Source of the DNA: Candidatus Parcubacteria bacterium
GTDB taxonomy: Bacteria > Patescibacteriota > Patescibacteriia > Patescibacteriales > UBA12075
Length of the DNA: 64,000 nt
Assembly (NCBI GenBank): GCA_963814275.1
Contig: CAWFCE010000002.1
Coordinates: 362,537-426,536, forward strand
Direction of reading: 5' to 3'
The notes beneath the pieces were generated by a model. That model made no database searches and was not told the origin of the DNA. It was given only the letters and a program-made list of their open reading frames with translations. A program made the translations under genes and the position numbers. Positions 16,895 to 26,378 of the stretch are shown here, one piece after another (position 1 is the stretch's first letter; each line of letters opens with the position of its first letter).

Positions 16895-17152
16895 ATGGAT
16901 CAACAACATCAAACGGAATTGCAGGATATGGTCGAAGCGATTGTCGGTATATTGCCCGACTTTTACCAATCAGATGTATTCGTGCTTTTGCCGGAATTTA
17001 TCATTGTCAGAAATATCCCGTCCGAGGGCGGTTGGAAGCGTCTGGATCGCAGGACTATCGATTTGTGGAACCAGGAACTAAAAACAGAGAATACACAACC
17101 GGAGGCGGAGAAAAAAATCCGTTGCGTTCACGAACAACTTTTTCCGGCATAG
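16895..17152 (+). CDS. hypothetical protein (85 aa)
   Basis: The SD AAAGGAG precedes ATG 16895; the track start of 16874 is less likely. No family recognised. Confidence 0.45.
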   Translation: MDQQHQTELQDMVEAIVGILPDFYQSDVFVLLPEFIIVRNIPSEGGWKRLDRRTIDLWNQELKTENTQPEAEKKIRCVHEQLFPA

Positions 17153-17289
17153 TTTCAGCCGGGTCAATTCAGCAGCCAGTACGTTTCGATAAGAACGGCT
17201 GGCTGTTTTATTTGCCAGAAAATATAAGAAAAGTTACAATAGTCACAGGATTAGAGAATAAAATAATTTTGCATTTTGACTTTTATTTT

Positions 17290-18072
17290 ATGTTCGAAAT
17301 CAAAGAACTCGATAATCCGTTAATTGAGAAAAAATTCCTGAACCGCGTCAGCGGCGGGCTTTTGAAATTCGGCGGCTTGGTCGAGCTATTGGTTATTTTG
17401 GTCATATGGGTCCTGCTCTTCCGGGATAGCACCCGCCTGGGTGGCTTCAGTGAAGCCGAGATCGTCACTTATCTCCTGGGCGGCAGTATCGTCAGCCTGT
17501 TTACCGGCTGGCTCCTGGGCCGGCTGATCGCCCAGGATCTGCGGGATGAAAAATCAAAGGAGCTTATCGATAAGCCGCTTAAATATTTCGGGCATATTAT
17601 CTCACATGGCTGGGCGAAGGTGATATCGCCTTTTGCCATCGCTTTCGGCCTACACATCGGGGTATTGGTATTTTTCCGGGCCAGTTTTATCCTGAATAAG
17701 AACCCTGCTGTCATGGCATTGGTGGCGGGGATGCTTATTTTGTCTTTCATTATCGAATTCCTGCTTGCCTACCTTATCCGGCTTAATATTTTCTGGACAA
17801 TAGAGTCGGGGGAATTATATAAACTTTTGGAACGGCTGAAAAAATTCTTGTCCGGAGCATATTTTCCTTTGAGTTTCCTGCCGTCCATTTTCGTGTCATT
17901 CTGCTTGTTTCTGCCTTTTTCTTATTCTTTTTACGTGCCGGCGGAGCTCTATCTGGGCAAAATCTCCCAATCAACCGCAATACGCGGTCTTTTGGTCCAG
18001 ATCGCCTGGATACTGTTCTTGTATCTGGCAATCAAAATAATGTGGATCCGCAGACAACAGAAAATAAAATAA
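17290..18072 (+). CDS. polytopic membrane protein, ABC-2-type permease-like
   Basis: About six hydrophobic helices follow MFEIKELDNPLIEKKF. The track start (17032) overlaps the previous gene, so ATG 17290 is preferred. Confidence 0.45.
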   Translation: MFEIKELDNPLIEKKFLNRVSGGLLKFGGLVELLVILVIWVLLFRDSTRLGGFSEAEIVTYLLGGSIVSLFTGWLLGRLIAQDLRDEKSKELIDKPLKYFGHIISHGWAKVISPFAIAFGLHIGVLVFFRASFILNKNPAVMALVAGMLILSFIIEFLLAYLIRLNIFWTIESGELYKLLERLKKFLSGAYFPLSFLPSIFVSFCLFLPFSYSFYVPAELYLGKISQSTAIRGLLVQIAWILFLYLAIKIMWIRRQQKIK

Positions 18073-18198
18073 TTACTTTGTTGGTCGTATATTGGCCGCA
18101 ACGGTTGACAACCGTTGTTTTAATTTCTAAGATAATCAATAAAATTAAAATATATCACGACTAATATTAATTCATATAATTACTATTAAATATTACTT

Positions 18199-18233
18199 TA
18201 CCGCGGATTATATGCGGATTTCAACGCAGATAA
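18199..18233 (+). promoter_or_regulatory. 11-nt-phased ACGCGGATT-type word array upstream of the YceI-like gene
   Basis: The array reads TACCGCGGATTA|TATGCGGATT|TCAACGCAGATAA and ends 30 nt before ATG 18263. Confidence 0.5.
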
Positions 18234-18262
18234 TATTTTGTAAAAATTATTTATATAATCAT

Positions 18263-18982
18263 ATGAAAAGCAATGTAAAAAAGTATAAATTAATTTGCGC
18301 AGTTGTTATTGTTGCTGTTAGTGTCAGTGCGTGTTCATTCGGAAATGATAACAAAACATCAGGAAGCCAGGCTATACAGAATAATGAAAAGAAAAATAAT
18401 GACTCCAATAGCGCGCCGCCGGTCAGCGTGCAGATACCGGAGCTGGGATTGCGGGACGTAAAAGAGTACACGGTCGATACTGAAGCAAGCCGGGTAGAGT
18501 GGCAGGGCCGCTACCTGCAATCAGGAAAAGCGCATAGCGGCACGGTAAAAGTAAAAAATGGTAAATTCGAAACCGTTGGAAATGGATTGACCGGTATGGG
18601 GGGATATTTCGATATGGCATCGATAAGCGACCAAAATATTCCGGACGAATCACCGGATCCGGAATTGATCACTTTCTTGCGCTCGCCTGCTTTGCTCGAT
18701 GTAGAAAAATATCCGGAAGCTTTTTTCCGCTCAACCAGCGTGGCCAAAGGCGAGGATGACGGCAATTACAAGATAACCGGAGATTTAACCATCAAAGATG
18801 TTACCAATAAAATTTCATTTCCTTTAAATGTTACTATTTCAGGCCGGCAATTGACTGGTGCCGCGGAAGTTACGATAGATCTGACGGAATGGAGCATAAA
18901 TAACGGATCTGATACGCAAGATCAAGATAGGGCAATCAGCAATCTAGTGACATTTGACTTCAGGGTTGTGGGAAATTTATAG
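18263..18982 (+). CDS. YceI-like lipoprotein
   Basis: The lipoprotein signal is MKSNVKKYKLICAVVIVAVSVSAC. YceI-like blocks are YTVDTEASRVEWQG..GKAHSGTVKVKNGKF and ITGDLTIKDVTNKISFPLNV. The track start (18212) lies within the word array. Confidence 0.75.
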   Translation: MKSNVKKYKLICAVVIVAVSVSACSFGNDNKTSGSQAIQNNEKKNNDSNSAPPVSVQIPELGLRDVKEYTVDTEASRVEWQGRYLQSGKAHSGTVKVKNGKFETVGNGLTGMGGYFDMASISDQNIPDESPDPELITFLRSPALLDVEKYPEAFFRSTSVAKGEDDGNYKITGDLTIKDVTNKISFPLNVTISGRQLTGAAEVTIDLTEWSINNGSDTQDQDRAISNLVTFDFRVVGNL

Positions 18983-19010
18983 ACTCAGATAACAGAGAAC
19001 AGTTTGATTT

Positions 19011-19040
19011 AAAAGTCTGATCCAAAATCAGACTTTTTAA
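19011..19040 (+). terminator. intrinsic terminator
   Basis: The hairpin AAAAGTCTGAT-CCAAA-ATCAGACTTTT is followed by a T-rich tail. Confidence 0.7.
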
Positions 19041-19218
19041 ATTTTTGTGATCTGACATATAAATGCCTGTGGATAAATTTATTCTAATTTTAGGAAAATA
19101 TATAAGTGTAAAAAAAGTTATTAGGTGATTTAGCATAAATTACTAATATTAAATAATTTTTCAATTAATAATATATAATAAATAATTATAAATTGTCGGT
19201 TAAACAAACAAAATGTAC

Positions 19219-19248
19219 TTGAAATTATATAGTAAAATATGGTAAAAT
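19219..19248 (+). promoter_or_regulatory. candidate promoter of the surface island
   Basis: TTGAAA (19219-19224), an 18-nt spacer, then TAAAAT (19243-19248). Confidence 0.4.
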
Positions 19249-19267
19249 AAAAAATAGTTAAACTATT

Positions 19268-19314
19268 TCTCGAGGGTCGAGTATTTACTAATAATAGTAA
19301 TCTCGTGGGTCGAG
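19268..19314 (+). promoter_or_regulatory. paired 14-bp direct repeats (operator or 5'-UTR hairpins)
   Basis: TCTCGAGGGTCGAG (19268-19281) and TCTCGTGGGTCGAG (19301-19314) are each self-complementary (CTCGA..TCGAG). They flank the palindromic TTACTA-ATAA-TAGTAA. Confidence 0.5.
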
Positions 19315-19372
19315 AAAAGCTAATATTAAATATTTCGGTTGAAATTGAAGCTAAACTTCATATTTTCCGGCT

Positions 19373-19795
19373 ATGGTATCGTTAGAAGACAATAAGCTGA
19401 TTTCGCTTAAAGACGCGGCGAAAATTTCCGGCTATACGGCTGATTATATCGGCCAACTTATCCGTGCCGGCAAGATTCCCGGCAAGCAAGTATACGCCAA
19501 CATCCAATGGATGACCACGGAAGAAGCGGTTATGGACTATAAAAATAAGGGCCAACTGAAAACAGGCGAAGGGATCAGCGATAAATTTTCGAATCAAAAA
19601 AGAAAATTATTCATGCAGCTCAATATTTTGGGGCTGTTTTTTAAAACTTTCAAATCCGCCCTGCCGCTTTTGCTGATTATCATAGTCGGATTTATCCTGC
19701 TTTGCACTTATATCATACAATTGTTAACCATGACACCTGACGGTAAAGTACCGGAATCCGCCATGCCAGTGAGCGGCCAAGAACTGAAATTTTGA
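19373..19795 (+). CDS. membrane-anchored helix-turn-helix protein
   Basis: The N-terminal HTH is LISLKDAAKISGYTADYIGQLIRAGKIPG. The C-terminal TM helix is ALPLLLIIIVGFILLCTYIIQLL. The gene ends 24 nt before the giant ORF. Confidence 0.6.
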   Translation: MVSLEDNKLISLKDAAKISGYTADYIGQLIRAGKIPGKQVYANIQWMTTEEAVMDYKNKGQLKTGEGISDKFSNQKRKLFMQLNILGLFFKTFKSALPLLLIIIVGFILLCTYIIQLLTMTPDGKVPESAMPVSGQELKF

Positions 19796-19819
19796 TTTTG
19801 CCTTAATTCAAATATCCCC

Positions 19820-22800
19820 ATGCACCCCATGCGTTTCAAACGCGCCAATAATTTTCGTTCGATCGGAATGATCGAATGGTTAAAACGATTCAGCCGACAC
19901 CCTTATGTGGCGTACGGCTGGCGTTTTATTTTTGCGGGATATATTCTGATATATTTATTTTCCGGCCAATCGCCTTTTTCATTGATCAGCCATTATCTTA
20001 ACGCACTTAGCGAGTCGACCGAGACCATTCGCCTGTACGCCAGCCAGGCCCGCAGCACCATGGCCGAAGACAATAGCACCGGCTGGTCCAATAGCGAGGC
20101 CGCAACCGGCGCCCCCGATCTGTCTGGCGAAGCCTCTTATGACCAATTCGGGCCGGCGAACGCCGCCCGTTACCGGGGAGGAGAGGGAATTCTGGTACTC
20201 CATAACTTCCGGCCCTTGGTATTGCCGGCCGCTCTAAATGAAGCGGACCCAAGCACCAGTTCCGGCACGGATATTCTGTTGCCGCCGGAACCGGGTATGA
20301 ATAGCGGAAATTTGCCTACAATGAATATCAATGATACAGAAACCGCCTCGGGCAGTGAAACGGTTGAAGCCGGTAATCCGGCAGCTGCGGAAAGTAACGG
20401 CCAATCGATACCTGCCGGAATATTTTCCGGGATCGCGAGCGGTACGACCGATCAGATCGCGACGTCCGGCAACCCGGTTCCCGGGATAAGCTCGTCCACC
20501 GATGTGGAAGTGTATACCGCCTCCACTACTGACGACCGGGCGGTTGAGATCATCGGACAGGGGGGACCGGAACCGTCCGTCGATGTTATCGAATCCGATA
20601 CCGCCTCCACGTCCGATCTCAACGGCGGCCGGACCGATAGCGGCAACTGGCTTGATCTGATGTCCCCCTTGTCGCTGGCCCAGCCGGCGCACGCGCAGGA
20701 ATATATCCGGCAAGATGTAAGCGACTTATCCGAATTGGGCGAGCTTCAGGAAGCGAAAATCGGTATTTCTTTGGCAGCCGGTGCGGATTACGCCTCTGGT
20801 GAATTCGTTCCCTATGACGATGCTTCTGTCGAGCCGGATACGACAGACGGCGGAAGCGCGGCAACAGCCGGATTCCCGGCAGCCAGCGCGACCTCTTCCG
20901 CCGGCTACGCCGATACCGGCAGCGGCACGATGCCATACATCAGTGCCGCCACGACCACGGCTGCTGTCCCCGATGCTGAGGCGGCAGATGAACCGACCGT
21001 AGAAGTTATGGACAATATCGAGGCGGCCAGCTCATCTGCTGTTGTCGTCCCGGACAATGGAACAGACGCCAGCTCGACCGCCGTCTTATCGTTGTCCCGC
21101 CTGTTCGGGATCACTCCCGCCCAGGCGCAAAATCAGCTGCTGGCTGATGCCAAGCTGGCGATTTGGTATTCATTGGACAAGACTGCCGATACCGGAACCA
21201 CCACCGCCGATGACCGGCTCTGGCAATTGCTGGACGTGGTTTCCGTCAGTGAAATTTCCAATAACTTGAATCACGGCTATTTGGAATATGATGCCCCGTT
21301 CCTCAGGTCGTGGCCGGATGTCGATAATCTGGAGATAAAGTTCGAAGGCCTGAGCGGCGCCGGTACGTCATTCACCGCTTATATCGACAGCCTGTGGGTG
21401 GAAGCCAGGTATCAGCCGGAAAACGAATTGGACAAACTCAAAAAGCGCCAGCGCTGGGAAACCGCTCTCGAGCTATTATCCCGGCAGACGGTGTTCATTG
21501 CCGGCGAAAACGGCGAGATCAGATTCCGCTACAATAAGAATGAGGAACGGATCTGGGATACCCTGTTCGAATTGGCCGGGTTGGGCGATTATTGGAGTAA
21601 TGTCGATATCCAAATCCAGCTGTTCGACAGCCGCGGCCAGGCGACGGATATTACGTTAGTCACTTTATTCGGCGATAACGGCGAATTCAGTATAAAATTG
21701 CCTGACGATATGCATGCCTTAATGCCTGGACGGTATACGCTGCATTTCCATATTGAAGACGATTCCGGGGATGAGGCCGAAATTTTTGATTTTGACCGTT
21801 ATTTTTACTGGGGCGTGACCGCGTTGAATTTCAATAAGTCTTCATATTCGGCTGGCGAAACCGCCTACCTGCAAATGGCGGCATTGGATAATATCGGGCA
21901 TGCGATATGCGACGCAAATGTCGAATTACGAATTATGAATGTCGAATTACAAACCCAGGAAGTGTTGAATACGGAATACGGCAGTATCAAATCGAGCAAT
22001 CGGTGCGGGCCGGAAACCGTGACTGACGAACCGGACTATTACGCTTATTACGAGTTCGGGAACGCGGGGCAGTACGAGTTTACCATGACCGTGGATACGG
22101 CGGACGGCTCCAAATCCGTTACGGAAACGATCGCGGTAACGGACGAAAGAGCGCCGTTTGTGGTCGAACGCGCCGGACCGACGAGGATTTATCCGAAAGC
22201 GGATTTTGGAATGAATATCAGGATTGCGCCAACCGGCGATTTTCGCGGCGATATTATCGAGTCCGTCCCCGGCGGTTTCAAAATTACGAATTACGCATTA
22301 CGAATTGTGAACAACACGGAACTGGATCCTTTCGGGCCCCGGTACGGCTACGAAGAATCATTTGCCGATGATGTTAAATTATTGGCTTGGCATGATGTTG
22401 AGCTTAAAGCCGGCGATGTGCTGGAGATTACTTATACTTTTGACGCTCCGGATATTTCTCCCGAATTATTCCTGCTCGGCCCTCTGCAGACGGTAATCGC
22501 CAATCGCCAATCGCCAATCGAAAATCGAATGTGGCAGATCGCCTCTGACGCGGTGCGAAAACGGGCGCGGACGGTGATGTTCATGGCCGGCACGTATAAC
22601 GGCGGCGCTTCCGCCGGCATCAATACCAATGCCGATACGACTTTTTCCGCCTTCAAATTCAAGCTGGCGGAAACCGGCGTTACTATTAAGGACGCGTTTA
22701 TTTTGTTCGAATCGCAATATGAGGCGTATACGGCCGTGAGCGATACGAATTATACCGGCTATAAACTGGGATTCGATGCCTGCGAAACCGGCACTTGTTC

Positions 22801-25800
22801 CTTGAACCCGTTCTCGGGGACGGGAAAAGTGCTGGAGGATAATTCGAATATCCTGTCCTACGACGACGCGGGCGGAAACGACGGCGAAAGCGAGGACGTC
22901 CGGTTGCTGCTCGACGTATCCGCCGAATCGCAGTTAGCCGCTTATACGGGCAACGGGGTGGAATACCAGGCGCAGGTCGGTTACCATTTCAAAAACAGTG
23001 CCACGAAAACCTCGATCGCGAGCGCTAAAGCCGTACTGATTCTGACCTATACCTATGACATCGATTCCCCCAATATCACCAATACGGTAGTCTATCCCCT
23101 GGACTCAACCGACGGTTCGGACCGGGGAAGCCGGGTAAGTAACACCGGGTCTTGCAACCGGGACAGCGGCTCCGGCGGCACCTGCCCGATCTTTGATTAT
23201 GAAATGGAGATACCGGAATTTCCGGCTTACTCTCCTGCCGCCCACCGGCTGAGCCAGTGGTTCACGATGTACGATATGAATGACAGCAACGGCGGCACCG
23301 ATCTCGATCCGAACATCAATATTCAAACATTCAACGTGGACAGTCCCTCGTTCCATTTCGAATCAGCCCTGGGCGGCACCCAATGCACGGTACCGGCGAT
23401 GTATTTTCCGAATTGGGCCTCTTCCGGATACACCGAGAATTCCGCCCAGCAGCTCGAGTATTATGTCAATGCCGGCACGAACTGGTCGGTCGGCGGCGAG
23501 GTCTATGAAACCTATATCGCCTCCAGCTCAGCCGCGGAAAAAACCCGGACCGCATCTTTTCCTTATGGCGTGATCAATAACGGGGCCGTTACCACCCTGA
23601 CCAGCGCCAACGTCAATGTGTATTTTCCGGAAAACGGCGAGGCCACCGGCACGGTCAAGATCAAAAGCGCCTGGGTCAGGATCATACCGAACCATTTCGA
23701 CAACGACACAATGAATACTACGGTTTCGACCAAGGTCGGCAATAATGCCACCAGCTCAGATCTGGTATACGGCTATAATGCCGGCACGACGGCGGTAAAA
23801 AATTCCTACAATATCATCAATATCATTCCACAGAGCGATTATGCCGCGCTGGAAGAAGCCAATGCCGGCAATCCGGTAACGGTGCGGGTGAATACCACAT
23901 ATAATAATGCCGATTTTGGCGGTATATCCGCCGAACTGATGATCACTTATACCTATACCGAAGAAAGCAACGGTTATCTGACGAGTATCGGCCTCTATGG
24001 CGGGCAATTGACCGCGGCGCCGGCAACGAGTGTTAATCTTTCCACCGCCCATTCGGTCTTGCCGGAAGAATCAGGCAAGACCATACTGGCGGGCGCGCTT
24101 CTGGCCAGTTATCTCAATAGCGATACCGGCGGCGATGTCGGCGCCGGTTCGGTATTCCTGATGGACGCCAATTTGTCCGCTTCCACACCTGCCTGCACGA
24201 ACAGCTTCGAGGTCGAACCGGACGACGTGAACAGCTACAAGGAATTATACAAGAACATCACAAGCGCCCTGAACACGACCGATGACCAGTCCTATACCGC
24301 CTGTTATAGCCACGATACGGTGTTATCCGCTACCGACGCTGCCAAGATGAACGGCATCCTGTATTATACCTACGGCTGGTCCAACTCGCCGCCGACCGGT
24401 TCTTTCATTACCGCTTCCACGACGCAAAAAGCGGACGGCAGCGGCGCGGTCGATATCGGGATCGAAATAGATGACCCGGATGACCAGGAAACACGGGTTA
24501 TGCTGGAGTTCGCCACCGGTACATCCTGTGTTTTTTCTCCATCCGGAGACCCGACCCTTGACGAAACGAACGATAATATCACGGCCGACTTCGGCGACCC
24601 GTATATTGATAACGGTAACGCTTATCAGATCGGTACGGCCGACGGTTATATCAAAACCGCTTCGGGTTCCAATTCGGTATTTTTCGACTGGCTGGCCGCC
24701 GGTGACCTGGGCGCGGTCGAGGGCGATTATTGCCTGCGTCTGACCACGAATGATCTGTATCTGGACCAGGCAGCTTCGGCCACGACAACCATCCATATTG
24801 ATACGATATACCCGACAGCGCCGGGGCCTTTGTCCTTCTTCTCACGCACCGGGACGACTATGACCCTGTCCTTCGGCGCGACTTCAACCGAAACCAATTT
24901 CCGGGAATACGTGGTCTATTACAAACCATATGACGGCACTGACCCGGACGAGTCCGATTCGTTCCTGGCATCCGGTACGGATGCCAATCTGCTCGATATT
25001 TCGTTCAACGACGCGGCGACGACCGCCGCCATCACCGGTTTGACGGCTTCCACCACCTATAGCTTCGCGATTTGGGCCTATGACATATACGGCAACCGGG
25101 CCAGCTCCAGCCGGGTCGATATCACGACCAATGACGCGCCCAGCGGAGAATTCAAATTTTATCCTAACACCAGGCAAAAGACCGACGGCAGCGGCGTGGT
25201 ACAGATATCGGTCGACATTGACGATGACAATAACCAGGACACGGTCAAGGCCAAGCTCGAATACGTTGCCGGAGCATCTTGCGATTTCAGCACTCCGCTT
25301 GACCCGACCCTCGACCCGGCCAGTATCAGCGCCAGTTTCGGCCTGCCGAGCATAAGCAATGCCGCGGCATACCAGGTCGGACAGCCAGGCGCCTGGATAA
25401 TCACCTCGCCGGGCATGAATACGATCGGTTTCAACTGGCTGGGCCGGACAGATGCGCCAAGCGCTGACGGAGATTATTGCCTGCGCTTGACGGCAAATGA
25501 CCGTTTTGACGACCAAATACCCACCACCACCGTGATCAAGCTCGACAACGTGAATCCCAGTCCAACCGGCGATCTTACCGCGGGAAACGTGACAACCGCG
25601 AGCATCCGGCTGGTCTATGCCATCAACAACCCGGCAACGGATACGAACGAACCGGGCGTTAACGCCTATAAGATATTTTATAAACAGGGCACCAGCGGCG
25701 TTACGGTAAACAGCCCGCATGAAGTGGATAACACCGACCTTAACTCCTACGATTATGGCGGAGCGACTTCCACCGTGGTGAGCGGTCTGGATTCCAATAC

Positions 25801-26377
25801 CTGGTATGTCTTCAATATCTGGAGCTATGATTCTTTCGGCAACCGCGCGACCGCGACCGAAGTGGCGGTCAAGACCAATGCCACCCTGTCGAACGGTACG
25901 CTCGCCTTCACCAATGCCGAAACCAGCGGACCGGCCAGTAATATCGCCGTGGCTGATTCCTCGACGGAATGGAATTTCCGGGTGACAGTGAACGAAGACA
26001 ACGGCTGGTACGCGATCAGCTCCACCACCCTGCGGCTGGCCGACCAGAATGACAGCATATCGCCCTATTCCGACCTGCGCTTCCGCTGGTATCAGACCGG
26101 CCAGACCTTCACGGAGATCGGCGGCGATCTCTCGAATGCCGTCACTCTGAGCGGCAACAGCACTTCGACCTGCGCCCTTAATACCTGCACGATCGATTTC
26201 AAATTGATATTCAACAAGAATTTTACCGTTTCCGGCGTTAATTACGGCGCGGAGATCTTCAGCGATAATGATTACGGGGTGACGGATACCGACAGTTTCC
26301 CCAACGTTTTCCAGGTACGCTATCCCTACGTCATCCAGACCCACTACCGCTGGCGCAATGACGACGGAGGCGAGTAG
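19820..26377 (+). CDS. giant surface protein 1 (2,185 aa)
   Basis: The ORF is uninterrupted. The N-terminus has the TM/signal segment WRFIFAGYILIYLFSG. An N-terminal module is paralogous to ORF 26917-42663 (GPTRIYPKADF..FDAPDISPELFLLGPL..WQIASD). Two modules combining a 110-aa unit with FN3 are present. The ORF ends at ..YRWRNDDGGE. Confidence 0.9.
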   Translation: MHPMRFKRANNFRSIGMIEWLKRFSRHPYVAYGWRFIFAGYILIYLFSGQSPFSLISHYLNALSESTETIRLYASQARSTMAEDNSTGWSNSEAATGAPDLSGEASYDQFGPANAARYRGGEGILVLHNFRPLVLPAALNEADPSTSSGTDILLPPEPGMNSGNLPTMNINDTETASGSETVEAGNPAAAESNGQSIPAGIFSGIASGTTDQIATSGNPVPGISSSTDVEVYTASTTDDRAVEIIGQGGPEPSVDVIESDTASTSDLNGGRTDSGNWLDLMSPLSLAQPAHAQEYIRQDVSDLSELGELQEAKIGISLAAGADYASGEFVPYDDASVEPDTTDGGSAATAGFPAASATSSAGYADTGSGTMPYISAATTTAAVPDAEAADEPTVEVMDNIEAASSSAVVVPDNGTDASSTAVLSLSRLFGITPAQAQNQLLADAKLAIWYSLDKTADTGTTTADDRLWQLLDVVSVSEISNNLNHGYLEYDAPFLRSWPDVDNLEIKFEGLSGAGTSFTAYIDSLWVEARYQPENELDKLKKRQRWETALELLSRQTVFIAGENGEIRFRYNKNEERIWDTLFELAGLGDYWSNVDIQIQLFDSRGQATDITLVTLFGDNGEFSIKLPDDMHALMPGRYTLHFHIEDDSGDEAEIFDFDRYFYWGVTALNFNKSSYSAGETAYLQMAALDNIGHAICDANVELRIMNVELQTQEVLNTEYGSIKSSNRCGPETVTDEPDYYAYYEFGNAGQYEFTMTVDTADGSKSVTETIAVTDERAPFVVERAGPTRIYPKADFGMNIRIAPTGDFRGDIIESVPGGFKITNYALRIVNNTELDPFGPRYGYEESFADDVKLLAWHDVELKAGDVLEITYTFDAPDISPELFLLGPLQTVIANRQSPIENRMWQIASDAVRKRARTVMFMAGTYNGGASAGINTNADTTFSAFKFKLAETGVTIKDAFILFESQYEAYTAVSDTNYTGYKLGFDACETGTCSLNPFSGTGKVLEDNSNILSYDDAGGNDGESEDVRLLLDVSAESQLAAYTGNGVEYQAQVGYHFKNSATKTSIASAKAVLILTYTYDIDSPNITNTVVYPLDSTDGSDRGSRVSNTGSCNRDSGSGGTCPIFDYEMEIPEFPAYSPAAHRLSQWFTMYDMNDSNGGTDLDPNINIQTFNVDSPSFHFESALGGTQCTVPAMYFPNWASSGYTENSAQQLEYYVNAGTNWSVGGEVYETYIASSSAAEKTRTASFPYGVINNGAVTTLTSANVNVYFPENGEATGTVKIKSAWVRIIPNHFDNDTMNTTVSTKVGNNATSSDLVYGYNAGTTAVKNSYNIINIIPQSDYAALEEANAGNPVTVRVNTTYNNADFGGISAELMITYTYTEESNGYLTSIGLYGGQLTAAPATSVNLSTAHSVLPEESGKTILAGALLASYLNSDTGGDVGAGSVFLMDANLSASTPACTNSFEVEPDDVNSYKELYKNITSALNTTDDQSYTACYSHDTVLSATDAAKMNGILYYTYGWSNSPPTGSFITASTTQKADGSGAVDIGIEIDDPDDQETRVMLEFATGTSCVFSPSGDPTLDETNDNITADFGDPYIDNGNAYQIGTADGYIKTASGSNSVFFDWLAAGDLGAVEGDYCLRLTTNDLYLDQAASATTTIHIDTIYPTAPGPLSFFSRTGTTMTLSFGATSTETNFREYVVYYKPYDGTDPDESDSFLASGTDANLLDISFNDAATTAAITGLTASTTYSFAIWAYDIYGNRASSSRVDITTNDAPSGEFKFYPNTRQKTDGSGVVQISVDIDDDNNQDTVKAKLEYVAGASCDFSTPLDPTLDPASISASFGLPSISNAAAYQVGQPGAWIITSPGMNTIGFNWLGRTDAPSADGDYCLRLTANDRFDDQIPTTTVIKLDNVNPSPTGDLTAGNVTTASIRLVYAINNPATDTNEPGVNAYKIFYKQGTSGVTVNSPHEVDNTDLNSYDYGGATSTVVSGLDSNTWYVFNIWSYDSFGNRATATEVAVKTNATLSNGTLAFTNAETSGPASNIAVADSSTEWNFRVTVNEDNGWYAISSTTLRLADQNDSISPYSDLRFRWYQTGQTFTEIGGDLSNAVTLSGNSTSTCALNTCTIDFKLIFNKNFTVSGVNYGAEIFSDNDYGVTDTDSFPNVFQVRYPYVIQTHYRWRNDDGGE

Positions 26378-26378
26378 A

